Of a stretch of DNA of 64,000 nt, positions 9,475 through 19,101 are shown one piece after another. The stretch's first letter is position 1. Every line of letters starts with the position of its first letter. Origin of the DNA: an uncultured virus (IMG/VR IMGVR_UViG_3300011386_000023) (Duplodnaviria > Heunggongvirae > Uroviricota > Caudoviricetes); IMG/VR virus record IMGVR_UViG_3300011386_000023, one strand, 5' to 3'. A model generated the notes under the pieces. It had not been told where the DNA came from, made no database searches, and saw only the letters and a program-made list of their open reading frames with translations. A program made the position numbers and the translations under genes.

Positions 9475-12180
9475 TTAAAAATCTAAACTTTCCATATCCC
9501 AGTTTTCACCAAAATATGAACGTAATTGTTCAAGTGCTGATGGCAACTCACCAGTACAAGTCACCCCTAAATAATTGGCTGCTCGGGTTGCACCGACATA
9601 TAAAAACTTCTGATATAAATCAGGATACTGCTGTAACAGTTGATCTACGCCAACAAAAAATACAGCCTCAAACTCTAGCCCTTTAATATACTCGATACTA
9701 CATACACGTACATCCGTTGCATTGCCTACACTGTGACCTTGCAAACATGCAATCGCTTTTAAAGTAAACTCATCTAAATTTTCTGTAAGTTTTTTCGCCA
9801 TCGGCTGTACATCAGCTTCATCTTTTACCAAAACTACAATAGAAGGTAAAATTTGTTCTTCTGTATGATTTGTATTGACTAAGCGTTCAATTTCCCCAAT
9901 GCGTTGAGTAATCCAATAAGCAATATCATCTAAATCATCATGATATTCTGCGATCACTGGAGCTAAACCCTCAAAATCTGTAAACTTTGGTAGTTCTGAA
10001 CGTGCTTGCGTATCTTGCTCATCCATCAAATCTAAAATGGCATGGGTAAATTCATTTAATTTTGGACTCTGACGATACACTGTATTAATACGTGCAATTT
10101 TTAAATCAGGTGAAATCCACTCGAGTAAAACTAGATCTTTAATCCCTTGTGTAGTTAATCGTTGGTTAAAGTCACCACACGCAAAAAATGAATTAAGTAA
10201 TGGATTCGTCATGGCTTGCATACACGCAAGTTGTAGCACAGAAAAATCTGTGGCTTCATCCACCATAATTTGGTCTTTAAACAAACCTTCACGTAAACCC
10301 TTAAGCTCTTGAAAAGCAATTTCATTAAGGTTTCTAACAATGTATGGCTCTTTCAGCAAATCTTTTAAATTACGTAAAATCACCAACAAAATTAAATCTA
10401 ATTCTGCTTGTGAGATCTTTTGTACCTCTAATTTTTCTTTGCTATAAAAATGTTGGTAATGCTCTTCTTTCCTAAATTTTTTATACAATCCTACAGGTTT
10501 TTTATAAACACGTTTCCAGCAGTTTAGGTTATGACGTAAACCATTTTGTAAAGTAATACTTCGCCCCAATTGTAGTAATCGCTCTTCTGAAGGAAGCTTT
10601 TCCCCTAACCATTCAGCAATTTTGGCATCCTTACTACCTTTCTTAAACGTTTTTTTCAAATAGTGATAACGTGCTAATTTTTTTAAAAACTTTTGATATT
10701 CAACTAAAGCTTTTGCTTCTTGTGAATGCGTAACAGAGCCAGCTTCTACTTCATCATCATCGTAATCAGCCTCTTCATCATCTACATTTTTGAAGTTATT
10801 TAAAAAGCGAGCTAAATCTTTCAAAATATCTTCATTCTTGTTAATCAGGAAATTCCGCTCTTCTTGAATAATTTTATCGCTCACTAATTTTTCACTTTCA
10901 ATCATTTTTTTAATTCGATTTTCTAGTTCAAAAAGTTGGCGATATTTACTCAATACTTTCGTATCACTTTCAATAATGTTACGAATTTTTACAATGAGTT
11001 TTTCATCATTTAAACCCGAGGCTTGCTGTAAAATTTTAATGCCGTTGTTTAACTCTAAATTTAAAGCATTTTCTATATAAGATTGAAAACTATTATATAA
11101 AAACTGTGGATCATCAACATATTGTTGTTTGATATTTTCACTTGTTTCTATCGAGAATCCTGAGCCATTTGTCGAGCTTTTTAAAATGCTAAAGTTCTTA
11201 CGTGCAATATTTTTAGAATAATCTAACCAGGTCTTTAGATTATCTCTAATGGCTATGCCTTCTATATTAAATGCTTTAAATAAATATTCTTTTAATAGCT
11301 CTGAAGGCGTAAACATCAGCCAATCATTAAATCCTTGACCATCCCTACCTAATTTTTTTAAAAGTCCTTCTTCAATCTCAGATAGTACCCCTTGAGATTT
11401 ATCAAGTTTTTGTCCTAGACGTTTAATTAAAGTTGTGGTTTTACCTGTACCTGGTGGCCCTAAAATAATACGTTGTGAGTTTACGGGTAAACGAAAAATT
11501 TCATCTTGGTATTCATCAAGCGCTGCTTGGTTACGTAAAGACATGCCTGAGCGTATATTACGGGTCAAATTTTTAATTTTACCTGCTGTGGTCTGTTCTT
11601 CTTCGGCAATTGCTTGTAAATATGCTTCTACATCTATACCTTGCTCTTCTAAATTATCAAGCAATGCTCTAAAAGACTCTAGGTTAATTTTTTCTTCTTC
11701 TGAAAAAATTTCAACTGCAAATCCATCCCATAATTGTTCAACTTGGCGTGGTGTAAATTTAATTTTTTGACCAATATAATATTCTTGTTCCTTAATCGAA
11801 AAATCTGCACCTGGCGATAAAGATGCAATTCGCCCCATAGGGGCACGATAACTAACAAAGTCAATTAGTTTTGTCCGCCAAACACTCAAGCCTGTTGGTG
11901 GAGCAACCTGTGAAATATAAATACTCCGACAATAATTTCCGTCAACATCTTCCAAATCCACACGCATAAATACAGGTTCAGAAGCTAAAATTAAACTATC
12001 TCGTCGAATAGAATCAGAAGCAGTTTCTAAAGCCAAAAAAGCATTATCAGTAAATGAGTTAGCAGTAATTACATCCTGTGAATAACCTGACAGTTTTAAT
12101 GCATCTTTTGCTTTATTTGAAATATCAGCAAGAATATCCACTGTATCTTGCGCAATTTCTTGAATTCCTTTATCTAACAT
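9475..12180 (-). CDS. SF1 (UvrD-fold) helicase-like ATPase with HelD-like N-terminus
   Basis: GPPGTGKTT, VDEATD, GDFNQ, YRQS, KGLEF, YVGATRA; N-terminal EPVFMRVD..IYI..VSYRAPMG resembles HelD PYFGRID..IYIG..DWRAP. Confidence 0.85.
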   Translation of the reverse strand: MLDKGIQEIAQDTVDILADISNKAKDALKLSGYSQDVITANSFTDNAFLALETASDSIRRDSLILASEPVFMRVDLEDVDGNYCRSIYISQVAPPTGLSVWRTKLIDFVSYRAPMGRIASLSPGADFSIKEQEYYIGQKIKFTPRQVEQLWDGFAVEIFSEEEKINLESFRALLDNLEEQGIDVEAYLQAIAEEEQTTAGKIKNLTRNIRSGMSLRNQAALDEYQDEIFRLPVNSQRIILGPPGTGKTTTLIKRLGQKLDKSQGVLSEIEEGLLKKLGRDGQGFNDWLMFTPSELLKEYLFKAFNIEGIAIRDNLKTWLDYSKNIARKNFSILKSSTNGSGFSIETSENIKQQYVDDPQFLYNSFQSYIENALNLELNNGIKILQQASGLNDEKLIVKIRNIIESDTKVLSKYRQLFELENRIKKMIESEKLVSDKIIQEERNFLINKNEDILKDLARFLNNFKNVDDEEADYDDDEVEAGSVTHSQEAKALVEYQKFLKKLARYHYLKKTFKKGSKDAKIAEWLGEKLPSEERLLQLGRSITLQNGLRHNLNCWKRVYKKPVGLYKKFRKEEHYQHFYSKEKLEVQKISQAELDLILLVILRNLKDLLKEPYIVRNLNEIAFQELKGLREGLFKDQIMVDEATDFSVLQLACMQAMTNPLLNSFFACGDFNQRLTTQGIKDLVLLEWISPDLKIARINTVYRQSPKLNEFTHAILDLMDEQDTQARSELPKFTDFEGLAPVIAEYHDDLDDIAYWITQRIGEIERLVNTNHTEEQILPSIVVLVKDEADVQPMAKKLTENLDEFTLKAIACLQGHSVGNATDVRVCSIEYIKGLEFEAVFFVGVDQLLQQYPDLYQKFLYVGATRAANYLGVTCTGELPSALEQLRSYFGENWDMESLDF

Positions 12181-12182
12181 GC

Positions 12183-12863
12183 TTACCCCCTTCTTACTTG
12201 AGCGAGTTGCGATTCTAATTCACTCACTTTTTTATTTAATTCAACCTTCCGATTAAATTGCCTTTCATTTCTTAACTTAGACTGCAACTGATTAAGCTGC
12301 TTTTGCAAGCTTTCAAGTTGTTGAGATTTTTGCAACTGAAGTTCAATAGAAACCGATTCATTATCGTTTTCCTGATCTTTACTGAATGCAATCGGCAATA
12401 TCTGTGCGATGAAATGTTCATATAGATCAGCCAGTTTTAAGTAAATAGGCAATTCAACACGATCATGATCTTCTAGCCACTCAGAAGAATAATATTGACC
12501 TATCACCGTTTTAGTTTTGTCTGCTTGATTCAAACGCTTATAGGTTGCAACAACTTTCACTTTATCTTGATAAACCACTTCAAAAATAATTGGAGTGAGA
12601 ATGAGTTTATCAATGAAAGATAGTATTGACACATCTAAATCTTCAACCCGACTTTTTACTCGAAAGATTTGAATTTCCTTCAAATCTTCCTGATCTTGGA
12701 GGTGAATTGTAGATGAAGCCAACTTGTACGCCCACCGTATATTTTCCACTTGATTAACAAATAGCTGTTCGATCTTGCTATTGGCTTTACCTTGCTCATA
12801 AAACTTATTTTTCGGAATTAACCGATCCACTTTAGCCTGCTGCGGAAACTTGTATAACTTCAT
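12183..12863 (-). CDS. DUF4391 domain protein
   Basis: IPKNKFY, IRWAYKLA..T, EIQIF, C-terminal coiled coil ending ERQFNRKVELN; typical position between SNF2 and mod. Confidence 0.88.
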   Translation of the reverse strand: MKLYKFPQQAKVDRLIPKNKFYEQGKANSKIEQLFVNQVENIRWAYKLASSTIHLQDQEDLKEIQIFRVKSRVEDLDVSILSFIDKLILTPIIFEVVYQDKVKVVATYKRLNQADKTKTVIGQYYSSEWLEDHDRVELPIYLKLADLYEHFIAQILPIAFSKDQENDNESVSIELQLQKSQQLESLQKQLNQLQSKLRNERQFNRKVELNKKVSELESQLAQVRRG

Positions 12864-12865
12864 GC

Positions 12866-15800
12866 TTAAGGTTCTTCAATCACAATAAAGCTAATCAGCT
12901 CAAAGTCGTTTAATCCAGAAACCACATCTACCAACGCTGATGTAGTCAAGCCTGAAAACAGGCTATCAATATCCTTCTCAGCTTTTACGTCCTGAATGGT
13001 ATGAATCACAATATCCAACAATTCTGAATATCGGTTCATATCTCGTCCATCATTGGTTTTCTCATTGAACTTTTCATACGCTTCAGGAATCGGATGATCT
13101 TTTCCTCGACATGCTTTACGTGCTACATCCAATAAATATTTGGCTTGGGTGTAGTCATAAACGACTTCACTGCCTTGATTAATATAAACTAAGTAATATG
13201 GATATAAGCGGTTGCTTTGGCTGTTAGGCGACTCAGGATGTCGTGCTCTTAGGGTGAAAATTACTCCCGCATTTAAACCGAGTTCTGGTTGTGCAGGCAC
13301 AACAGTATGTAGTCCATTCGGTAATCGCTCCAATTCAGAATGCTCTTCCATATAGCCAAGCAAATCCATACGGAAGTCATTCAAACCTAAATCAGTAATA
13401 GAAACCCCTGTATTGGCATCTTCCAAGTCTAGTACTTCAGTTTGTAGCTTTTGCAATTGTTCACGACGATAGGCAATATCATTGGCTTGAGCACTGAGGA
13501 CGTTATCATCTCCCGTACTGGTCATATCGACGATCACCATGCGATTCTCGACCCGTTCACGCAAGTTAATATATTCATCCAGACTAATATCAGGCCAGTA
13601 ATTAACGAGCTGAATGACGCTGTTTGATGAGCCAATACGATCCACACGACCAAAGCGTTGAATGATGCGTACAGGATTCCAGTGAATATCGAAATTAATT
13701 AGATAATCACAGTCCTGTAAGTTTTGACCTTCAGAAATACAGTCGGTTGCAATGAGCACATCAATTTCTCTGGACTCTTCAGGGAATATGTCTGCTTTTT
13801 GCTTCGATTGTGGAGAAAATAGAGTGAGCAAGCCTTGCATATCATAACTTTGACGGCTTCCCACTCTGGTCTTAATCGTTGAAGTATTATCACTGCCGAT
13901 CACTTTGGCACTGTGCAGACCGTAGGTTTCTAGCAAAATCGGAGCAATATGCTCATAGATATAATTCGCTGTATCCGCAAAGGCAGTAAATATGATGACT
14001 TTACGGTTATTGGGATTAATTGGGTTCTGAATTTTCTCAACAACATGCGCTTTAAGATGTTGTAGTTTGGCATCCTTTTCAGCGGTAATCGGCTGAATCA
14101 TTCGCAGTAAACCGAGAATAATGTGGTAGTCACCATCTAGATCCGTTTTCCAGCTCAACAGATCCATATCAGCCAAATGAATTTTGAGCTTATTTCCGAT
14201 TAGATCTTCAGCATTGAGTAACTCACCATTCTCATCCTCATCATAGCCAAAGTCTGGTGAAATACTAACCTCATCACCCGCCTGACGAGCTTCAAAGTCC
14301 GCAATTTTTTCAAGTACATTTTCAATATTTTTCTTTAAAACGTTCAATGTCAGCCTAAACGCATGGACAGAACTTTCTAGGCGTTTCAGCAAGTTGACCG
14401 TCATCAAGGCCTGTAAACTTTTTTCACGGTCTACCTGTCTTAATTTACCTTTGCCTTCTACACGAGTATCAAAAATTTCTTCATACTTTTTTAAAGCACT
14501 TGTAAAGATATAACTGACTGGTGCATAAACTGACATCTTGATTAAAGACAGATCTGCATAAATTTGATTCAGAGAAACACTATCCTGATCGTTTGATAAT
14601 GCACAACGGAATGAAATCGGCTTGAGTCGTTGAGGGAACTGTCCAATATCTTTGGTTTCATAGAAGGTTTGAATGTGTTTTCTTGAACGAGCAATAGTCA
14701 CGCTATCTAACAGCTTAAAGAAATCGAAATCTAGAAGGTTCAGAATCGCTTGAGTTGTCCGTTGGGCAGGATCTAGTTTTGCCCAAGCATTAAAGCTGGC
14801 CTGTGCTCTACGGAATATGGTTTCGATATCACGTTCAGTATCGAGCTTATTTTCCAATAACGCTGCATTCCCTTCATAAGCTAGGGCGAGCTGATTCTTA
14901 AGGTCAGTAAAGTGATTGTTTACTGGCGTAGCAGATAACATTAACACTTTAGTTTTCACGCCCTGACGAATCACTTGATTCATTAAGCGGTCATAACGTG
15001 TTTCACGATCCTTAAACGTGCCACGGTTACGGAAGTTATGCGACTCATCAATCACAACTAAGTCATAGTTGCCCCAATTGATTTTCGCTAAATCTATACC
15101 TAGGGTTTCACCACCTTTACGAGAGAGATCGGTGTGATACAACACATCGTAGCTAAAACGATCCTTAGCAAAGATGTTCGTAACTAAATTGGCATTATAG
15201 TTCGTCCAGTTCGCCCCCAATTTCTTAGGGCATAAAACCAGAACACTCTTGTTTCGTAATTCGTAGTATTTGATCACTGCCAATGCAGTGAAGGTCTTAC
15301 CTAAACCCACACTATCCGCCAAGATACAGCCATTATAGGTTTCAAGTTTATTGATAATGCCTACTGCTGCATCTTTTTGGAAATTGAACAGCTTATTCCA
15401 TACTAAGGTATCTTGATAACCTGTGAGATCATTCGGCATAACGTCTGCATTTATATCTTCTAGGAAATCTTTGAAAATGTTGTAAAGCATTAAGAAGTAA
15501 ATACGTTCAGGCGGATTTTCCTGATAGACAGACTCAATGTGTCGAATAATTTCACTGGTGACATCTTCAACTTTTGAGGGGTCATTCCAAATTTGATTGA
15601 ATAGCTGAATATAGGTTTGCACCATCGGTTGCTCATCAAAGCAGTTCACCATATTGGAAATAGCATTTCCTTTTTCAAAGCCAAGTCCCATCGGGGTAAA
15701 ACCCTGAATAGGCATATAGGTTAAAGACTGCTCAGGTTTCTGAATACTGATGAATTCCTGCATCGGTGCATTGCTATTATTTGACTTAAATTTTGCTTTT

Positions 15801-16141
15801 CGTCGTATCCAATCTGCACATTCTTTAGCAATTGCCTTTTGTGATAACTGATTTTTTAAGTGAATTTCAAATTCTGTTCCATACAGGCTGCTTTCACGAT
15901 CTTGTTTAGGAATAACAAATTCACGTTTCTCTTTCTTTAGCTTATCCGTCACATTATCCGCAACAAAGGTTGGGGATGTAAAAACAAATTGCAGTTCTTC
16001 GATCTTTTCTAATTCTTTTTTTAAATTAGCAAAGGCATAGATAGAAAAATATGAAGCAGCGATCTTCAATCTAGATTTACTATTTAAATTGTTCCCAATA
16101 TCGGAACCCAATGTGCTGTTGATGTTATCAATAAGTTTCAT
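12866..16141 (-). CDS. SNF2-family helicase with degenerate PLD-like N-terminal domain
   Basis: ILADSVGLGKT, DESHNFRN, SATPVNN, ISEGQNLQ, QRFGRVDRIGS; N-terminal LKIAASYFSIYAF. Confidence 0.92.
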   Translation of the reverse strand: MKLIDNINSTLGSDIGNNLNSKSRLKIAASYFSIYAFANLKKELEKIEELQFVFTSPTFVADNVTDKLKKEKREFVIPKQDRESSLYGTEFEIHLKNQLSQKAIAKECADWIRRKAKFKSNNSNAPMQEFISIQKPEQSLTYMPIQGFTPMGLGFEKGNAISNMVNCFDEQPMVQTYIQLFNQIWNDPSKVEDVTSEIIRHIESVYQENPPERIYFLMLYNIFKDFLEDINADVMPNDLTGYQDTLVWNKLFNFQKDAAVGIINKLETYNGCILADSVGLGKTFTALAVIKYYELRNKSVLVLCPKKLGANWTNYNANLVTNIFAKDRFSYDVLYHTDLSRKGGETLGIDLAKINWGNYDLVVIDESHNFRNRGTFKDRETRYDRLMNQVIRQGVKTKVLMLSATPVNNHFTDLKNQLALAYEGNAALLENKLDTERDIETIFRRAQASFNAWAKLDPAQRTTQAILNLLDFDFFKLLDSVTIARSRKHIQTFYETKDIGQFPQRLKPISFRCALSNDQDSVSLNQIYADLSLIKMSVYAPVSYIFTSALKKYEEIFDTRVEGKGKLRQVDREKSLQALMTVNLLKRLESSVHAFRLTLNVLKKNIENVLEKIADFEARQAGDEVSISPDFGYDEDENGELLNAEDLIGNKLKIHLADMDLLSWKTDLDGDYHIILGLLRMIQPITAEKDAKLQHLKAHVVEKIQNPINPNNRKVIIFTAFADTANYIYEHIAPILLETYGLHSAKVIGSDNTSTIKTRVGSRQSYDMQGLLTLFSPQSKQKADIFPEESREIDVLIATDCISEGQNLQDCDYLINFDIHWNPVRIIQRFGRVDRIGSSNSVIQLVNYWPDISLDEYINLRERVENRMVIVDMTSTGDDNVLSAQANDIAYRREQLQKLQTEVLDLEDANTGVSITDLGLNDFRMDLLGYMEEHSELERLPNGLHTVVPAQPELGLNAGVIFTLRARHPESPNSQSNRLYPYYLVYINQGSEVVYDYTQAKYLLDVARKACRGKDHPIPEAYEKFNEKTNDGRDMNRYSELLDIVIHTIQDVKAEKDIDSLFSGLTTSALVDVVSGLNDFELISFIVIEEP

Positions 16142-16385
16142 TAGAAAAAAAATAAATTTGATATTAATTATAATATCTTATTGTTATGTAATATGCTTAT
16201 ACTCTATTGTCTAACTGCAAAAAAATCACTATAAAACTCGTAACTTTCAATGAATTTTTAGATAAAACAATTTTACAAATCAAAATCAACGTGCAACCTT
16301 CTTATACCAAAAAAAAAATAAATTTATTTCTTCTGTAAATACAACTTGTTATAACTAAAAAATCATCAGAACATCACATTCCCCA

Positions 16386-16700
16386 ATGGCTAATTTATCT
16401 AGTGCAATTCAACATTTTTTAATGGCTGCTCCATCAACAAAAAATGAAATCATATCATTTCTGCAAGCTTATTCTCCGTATGTACAGCTACAATTCATCA
16501 GTAGCATCTATATCGGAAGAGATCACTTACACGCTGAACAATTAAGCCCCCTTTCTGAAATTTCTACAATTGTTGCTAGCCACATCAACCCACAAGAATA
16601 TAGCCAATTAATTTATGAAAAAGGATTAAATGTAACAGTATATTTGAAAAAATTTTTATTCTGTTCTAATAATTCATACTTTGATATCAATCAACTCTAA
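16386..16700 (+). CDS. Small hypothetical protein, weak DUF3775-like
   Basis: 104-aa ORF followed by a hairpin; EIISFLQ..QLQFISSIYIGRD. Confidence 0.55.
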   Translation: MANLSSAIQHFLMAAPSTKNEIISFLQAYSPYVQLQFISSIYIGRDHLHAEQLSPLSEISTIVASHINPQEYSQLIYEKGLNVTVYLKKFLFCSNNSYFDINQL

Positions 16701-16720
16701 CAACAAGTTTGAAAATAATT

Positions 16721-16749
16721 CAGCCTAAACTAGCTTAGGCTGTTTTTTC
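16721..16749. terminator. Intrinsic terminator between convergent genes
   Basis: CAGCCTAA-N6-TTAGGCTG followed by TTTTTT. Confidence 0.7.
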
Positions 16750-16769
16750 AATTTAATTTCACATCATAA

Positions 16770-17711
16770 TCAATTCACCGCCCTCACACTCCCCTTCAGC
16801 CCCTGCTGCATTTCCTGCACAAACCCTTCCCCTTGATTTGGCTTCGATTTTGCTTTGGCTCTCGCTATAGACTGTGTCTGTTCAACTCCTTGGTTCACAG
16901 TTTCATCTGCATCACTATAAAACTCCTCGACCAAATCCAATCCCTCCTCTGCATTGACTTCAAACTGTGCATTGGCAAAACCCTGCCGTGCAATCTGATC
17001 TAATGCCGTCTGATCAAACCCTGCTTGTTTACTTTGCTGGTCAATCTCTTGCGCCATTTGAATAGCTTGTTGCAGATTAACCCCATCTTTCAATGTTAAA
17101 TCCACATAGTACACAGGAGTACGATAGCTTTGTGTGGTGGACTTGCCTCTTAGTGTAAGTTGCAGTGGTAGGCATGAAAGTAAACCATTCGATGCAGCGT
17201 GGTAGTAACTCAGTCGTGCTGCCAAAGTCCGAATGCTGTTAAAGCCAGTGGTTCTAAAAATAAACGTACCGAGTTCATCCGATTCATCTAAGTTCACATG
17301 CAAGCGTCCAAAAGGTTTACAGTTCCCTCCTTGTGCCAATGGACATAAATCAGGTGATGGGCATGGTTGCTGCTCAACGCCTTGATTGGTGAGTCGCTGA
17401 CAGGTTTCACCATTGCCTACACAGACAGGTCGTCCTGTTTGTCGATCAAATAAGCTGTACTCCGCCCTTAGATTTAGCTCAGGATCATTGAAGATCATCC
17501 GTACTGGAATGGTACGGAGTTTTTGATTCGGTGCTTTACTGCGTAATTGCTCATCGAGTGGATGTTTGATCCAGCCCTCCTTGCTTTGAATCTGGGAAGT
17601 AATGGTGAACTGATCATCTTTTTCAGGTAGACGTTTACCGTTCTTTTCAACAACTTTACCGATACTGATACGTCCAAGGATCGGTGGGGTAATCGCTAAA
17701 CCTTTAATCAT
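16770..17711 (-). CDS. Gp3-like / recombination-directionality-factor-like protein
   Basis: MIKGLAITPPILGRISIG, CVGNGE, CPSPDLC..CKPFGRL, FRTTGFNS; usual partner of YqaJ and DUF932 in islands. Confidence 0.7.
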   Translation of the reverse strand: MIKGLAITPPILGRISIGKVVEKNGKRLPEKDDQFTITSQIQSKEGWIKHPLDEQLRSKAPNQKLRTIPVRMIFNDPELNLRAEYSLFDRQTGRPVCVGNGETCQRLTNQGVEQQPCPSPDLCPLAQGGNCKPFGRLHVNLDESDELGTFIFRTTGFNSIRTLAARLSYYHAASNGLLSCLPLQLTLRGKSTTQSYRTPVYYVDLTLKDGVNLQQAIQMAQEIDQQSKQAGFDQTALDQIARQGFANAQFEVNAEEGLDLVEEFYSDADETVNQGVEQTQSIARAKAKSKPNQGEGFVQEMQQGLKGSVRAVN

Positions 17712-17775
17712 GTTGTTTGTCCTATAAATAAAATTTTACTGCTTACACCTTGTTATGTAAGTAAACAGAAATATG

Positions 17776-17863
17776 AAAAAGCTACGACTTTGCAAGAACC
17801 GCCATTGTTGGTCTACCGCTCCTTCGGGAGTCGGTAGATCGGAGGTGGTTTTTTGCACTTTTT
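17776..17863 (+). other. Long imperfect hairpin with C(UUCG)G loop that folds on the strand antisense to the flanking genes
   Basis: TGCAAGAACCGCC..GGTCTACCG-CTCC-TTCG-GGAG-T-CGGTAGATC..GGTGGTTTTTTGCA; G-T wobbles favour the + strand. Confidence 0.55.
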
Positions 17864-17892
17864 GGAAGATTGGAAATATCGACGTGATGGAT

Positions 17893-18933
17893 TCAGTCAT
17901 CGGTATAGATCTGAAAACGTCGTGTCCCTGCTTTGTTTTGCGGAAACTGCTCAAGCATTTCTGGGTGAAGTTTGAGTAAGGCTTTGCTGTCTAAACTGAT
18001 TGAATCTTTGGATTTCTTCCACGTCACCGAACCATTGGCAAAGGTTGCTCGTTCAGCATCCTTCATCAACATCTGGATTTGATGCTTAATTTCATCAAAG
18101 TTATTTTGATGCTGCTCAATGTGATGCTTTTCTTGAATCAGTTGAGCAAACAATTGATTGGCTTGTTCGTGATGACTCAAGTCTTCAACAGTTAATGGAA
18201 TATGTTGCGGATAGAGCTGCTGTATAGCTTTGGCTGCCGACTCACTGGCATCCACATCAGGTGGTGTGTCTTTTTCCACACACTCCCAAAAGTAACGCTC
18301 TGCATTGACGATATGCTCAATCACCGATTCCGAACGTATCACTTTATAGATACGAGTTTCATGACCACAGATCAGCACACAAATATGTGCTGCCTTTTTG
18401 CCTGTTACAGCGAGTTGATGTTGCACCTGACACAATACGTATAAAGGCACGCCATCTCGCCATAACTTTGCTCCATATTCTCCTGCGGTTTTGCATTCTA
18501 AAATCTGTACTTCCTCACTACCTACTACCGAGTAATCTAAGTTAGCCAGCATAAAATGCTTATCCTCATCAGGATGTTGTAGTACGGCATTGATACGACG
18601 GACTTTGTTGTTGGTATGCATGCTGTAGTATTCAGCGACCAAAGGTTCAAGTTGTTTGCCCCAATATAAAGGGGCATGACCTGCGCTTTCATCTTCAATG
18701 GATTGTTTGACTCGACCTGTCTTGATCATCCATAGTTCAAGCATCGACATATAGGGATTGAGTCCACACGCTGCGGCACAATCACTACTACCGATGCCTT
18801 GACGACGTACTTCAAGCCATTCTGCTTGAGTCATGTTTTTGGTATTGACCAAGCGTTTGGCTGTGAATAATTTTGGGGCAATAAATGGAGTACTTGCCTG
18901 TTGAATGGATGGATTTAAAATTGCGGTATTCAT
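17893..18933 (-). CDS. YqaJ-like viral recombinase family exonuclease
   Basis: EWLEVRRQGIGSSD, WGKQLEP, MLANLD, ILECKT, YVLCQVQHQLAVTG. Confidence 0.92.
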   Translation of the reverse strand: MNTAILNPSIQQASTPFIAPKLFTAKRLVNTKNMTQAEWLEVRRQGIGSSDCAAACGLNPYMSMLELWMIKTGRVKQSIEDESAGHAPLYWGKQLEPLVAEYYSMHTNNKVRRINAVLQHPDEDKHFMLANLDYSVVGSEEVQILECKTAGEYGAKLWRDGVPLYVLCQVQHQLAVTGKKAAHICVLICGHETRIYKVIRSESVIEHIVNAERYFWECVEKDTPPDVDASESAAKAIQQLYPQHIPLTVEDLSHHEQANQLFAQLIQEKHHIEQHQNNFDEIKHQIQMLMKDAERATFANGSVTWKKSKDSISLDSKALLKLHPEMLEQFPQNKAGTRRFQIYTDD

Positions 18934-18990
18934 ATTGAAGTCCTGATTATTTTGCTATGTAAAATGATGGGGATCACAAAAAATGGGCAT

Positions 18991-19019
18991 AAAAAAACCA
19001 CAGCCGAAGCTATGGTTTT
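18991..19019 (-). terminator. Intrinsic terminator between DUF932 and YqaJ
   Basis: Minus strand AAAACCATAGC-TTCG-GCTGTGGTTTTTTT. Confidence 0.7.
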
Positions 19020-19101
19020 AATAATTTTTAAAATTCTAAATTCCATTTAAAAATGCTTAGTTAGGTCTAACTTTCCATGATTGAAAAATGTATATTTCGC
19101 A

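Noticed and set aside
4349..16141. BREX or DISARM call
   Set aside because: No recognisable PglZ, BrxC, DrmA/DrmB (DUF1998) or intact HKD PLD; the methylase and nuclease are type III Mod/Res.
16142..16385. Specific promoter/operator calls in the AT-rich divergent region upstream of SNF2
   Set aside because: Many overlapping -10-like hexamers occur by chance at this AT content; none could be singled out.
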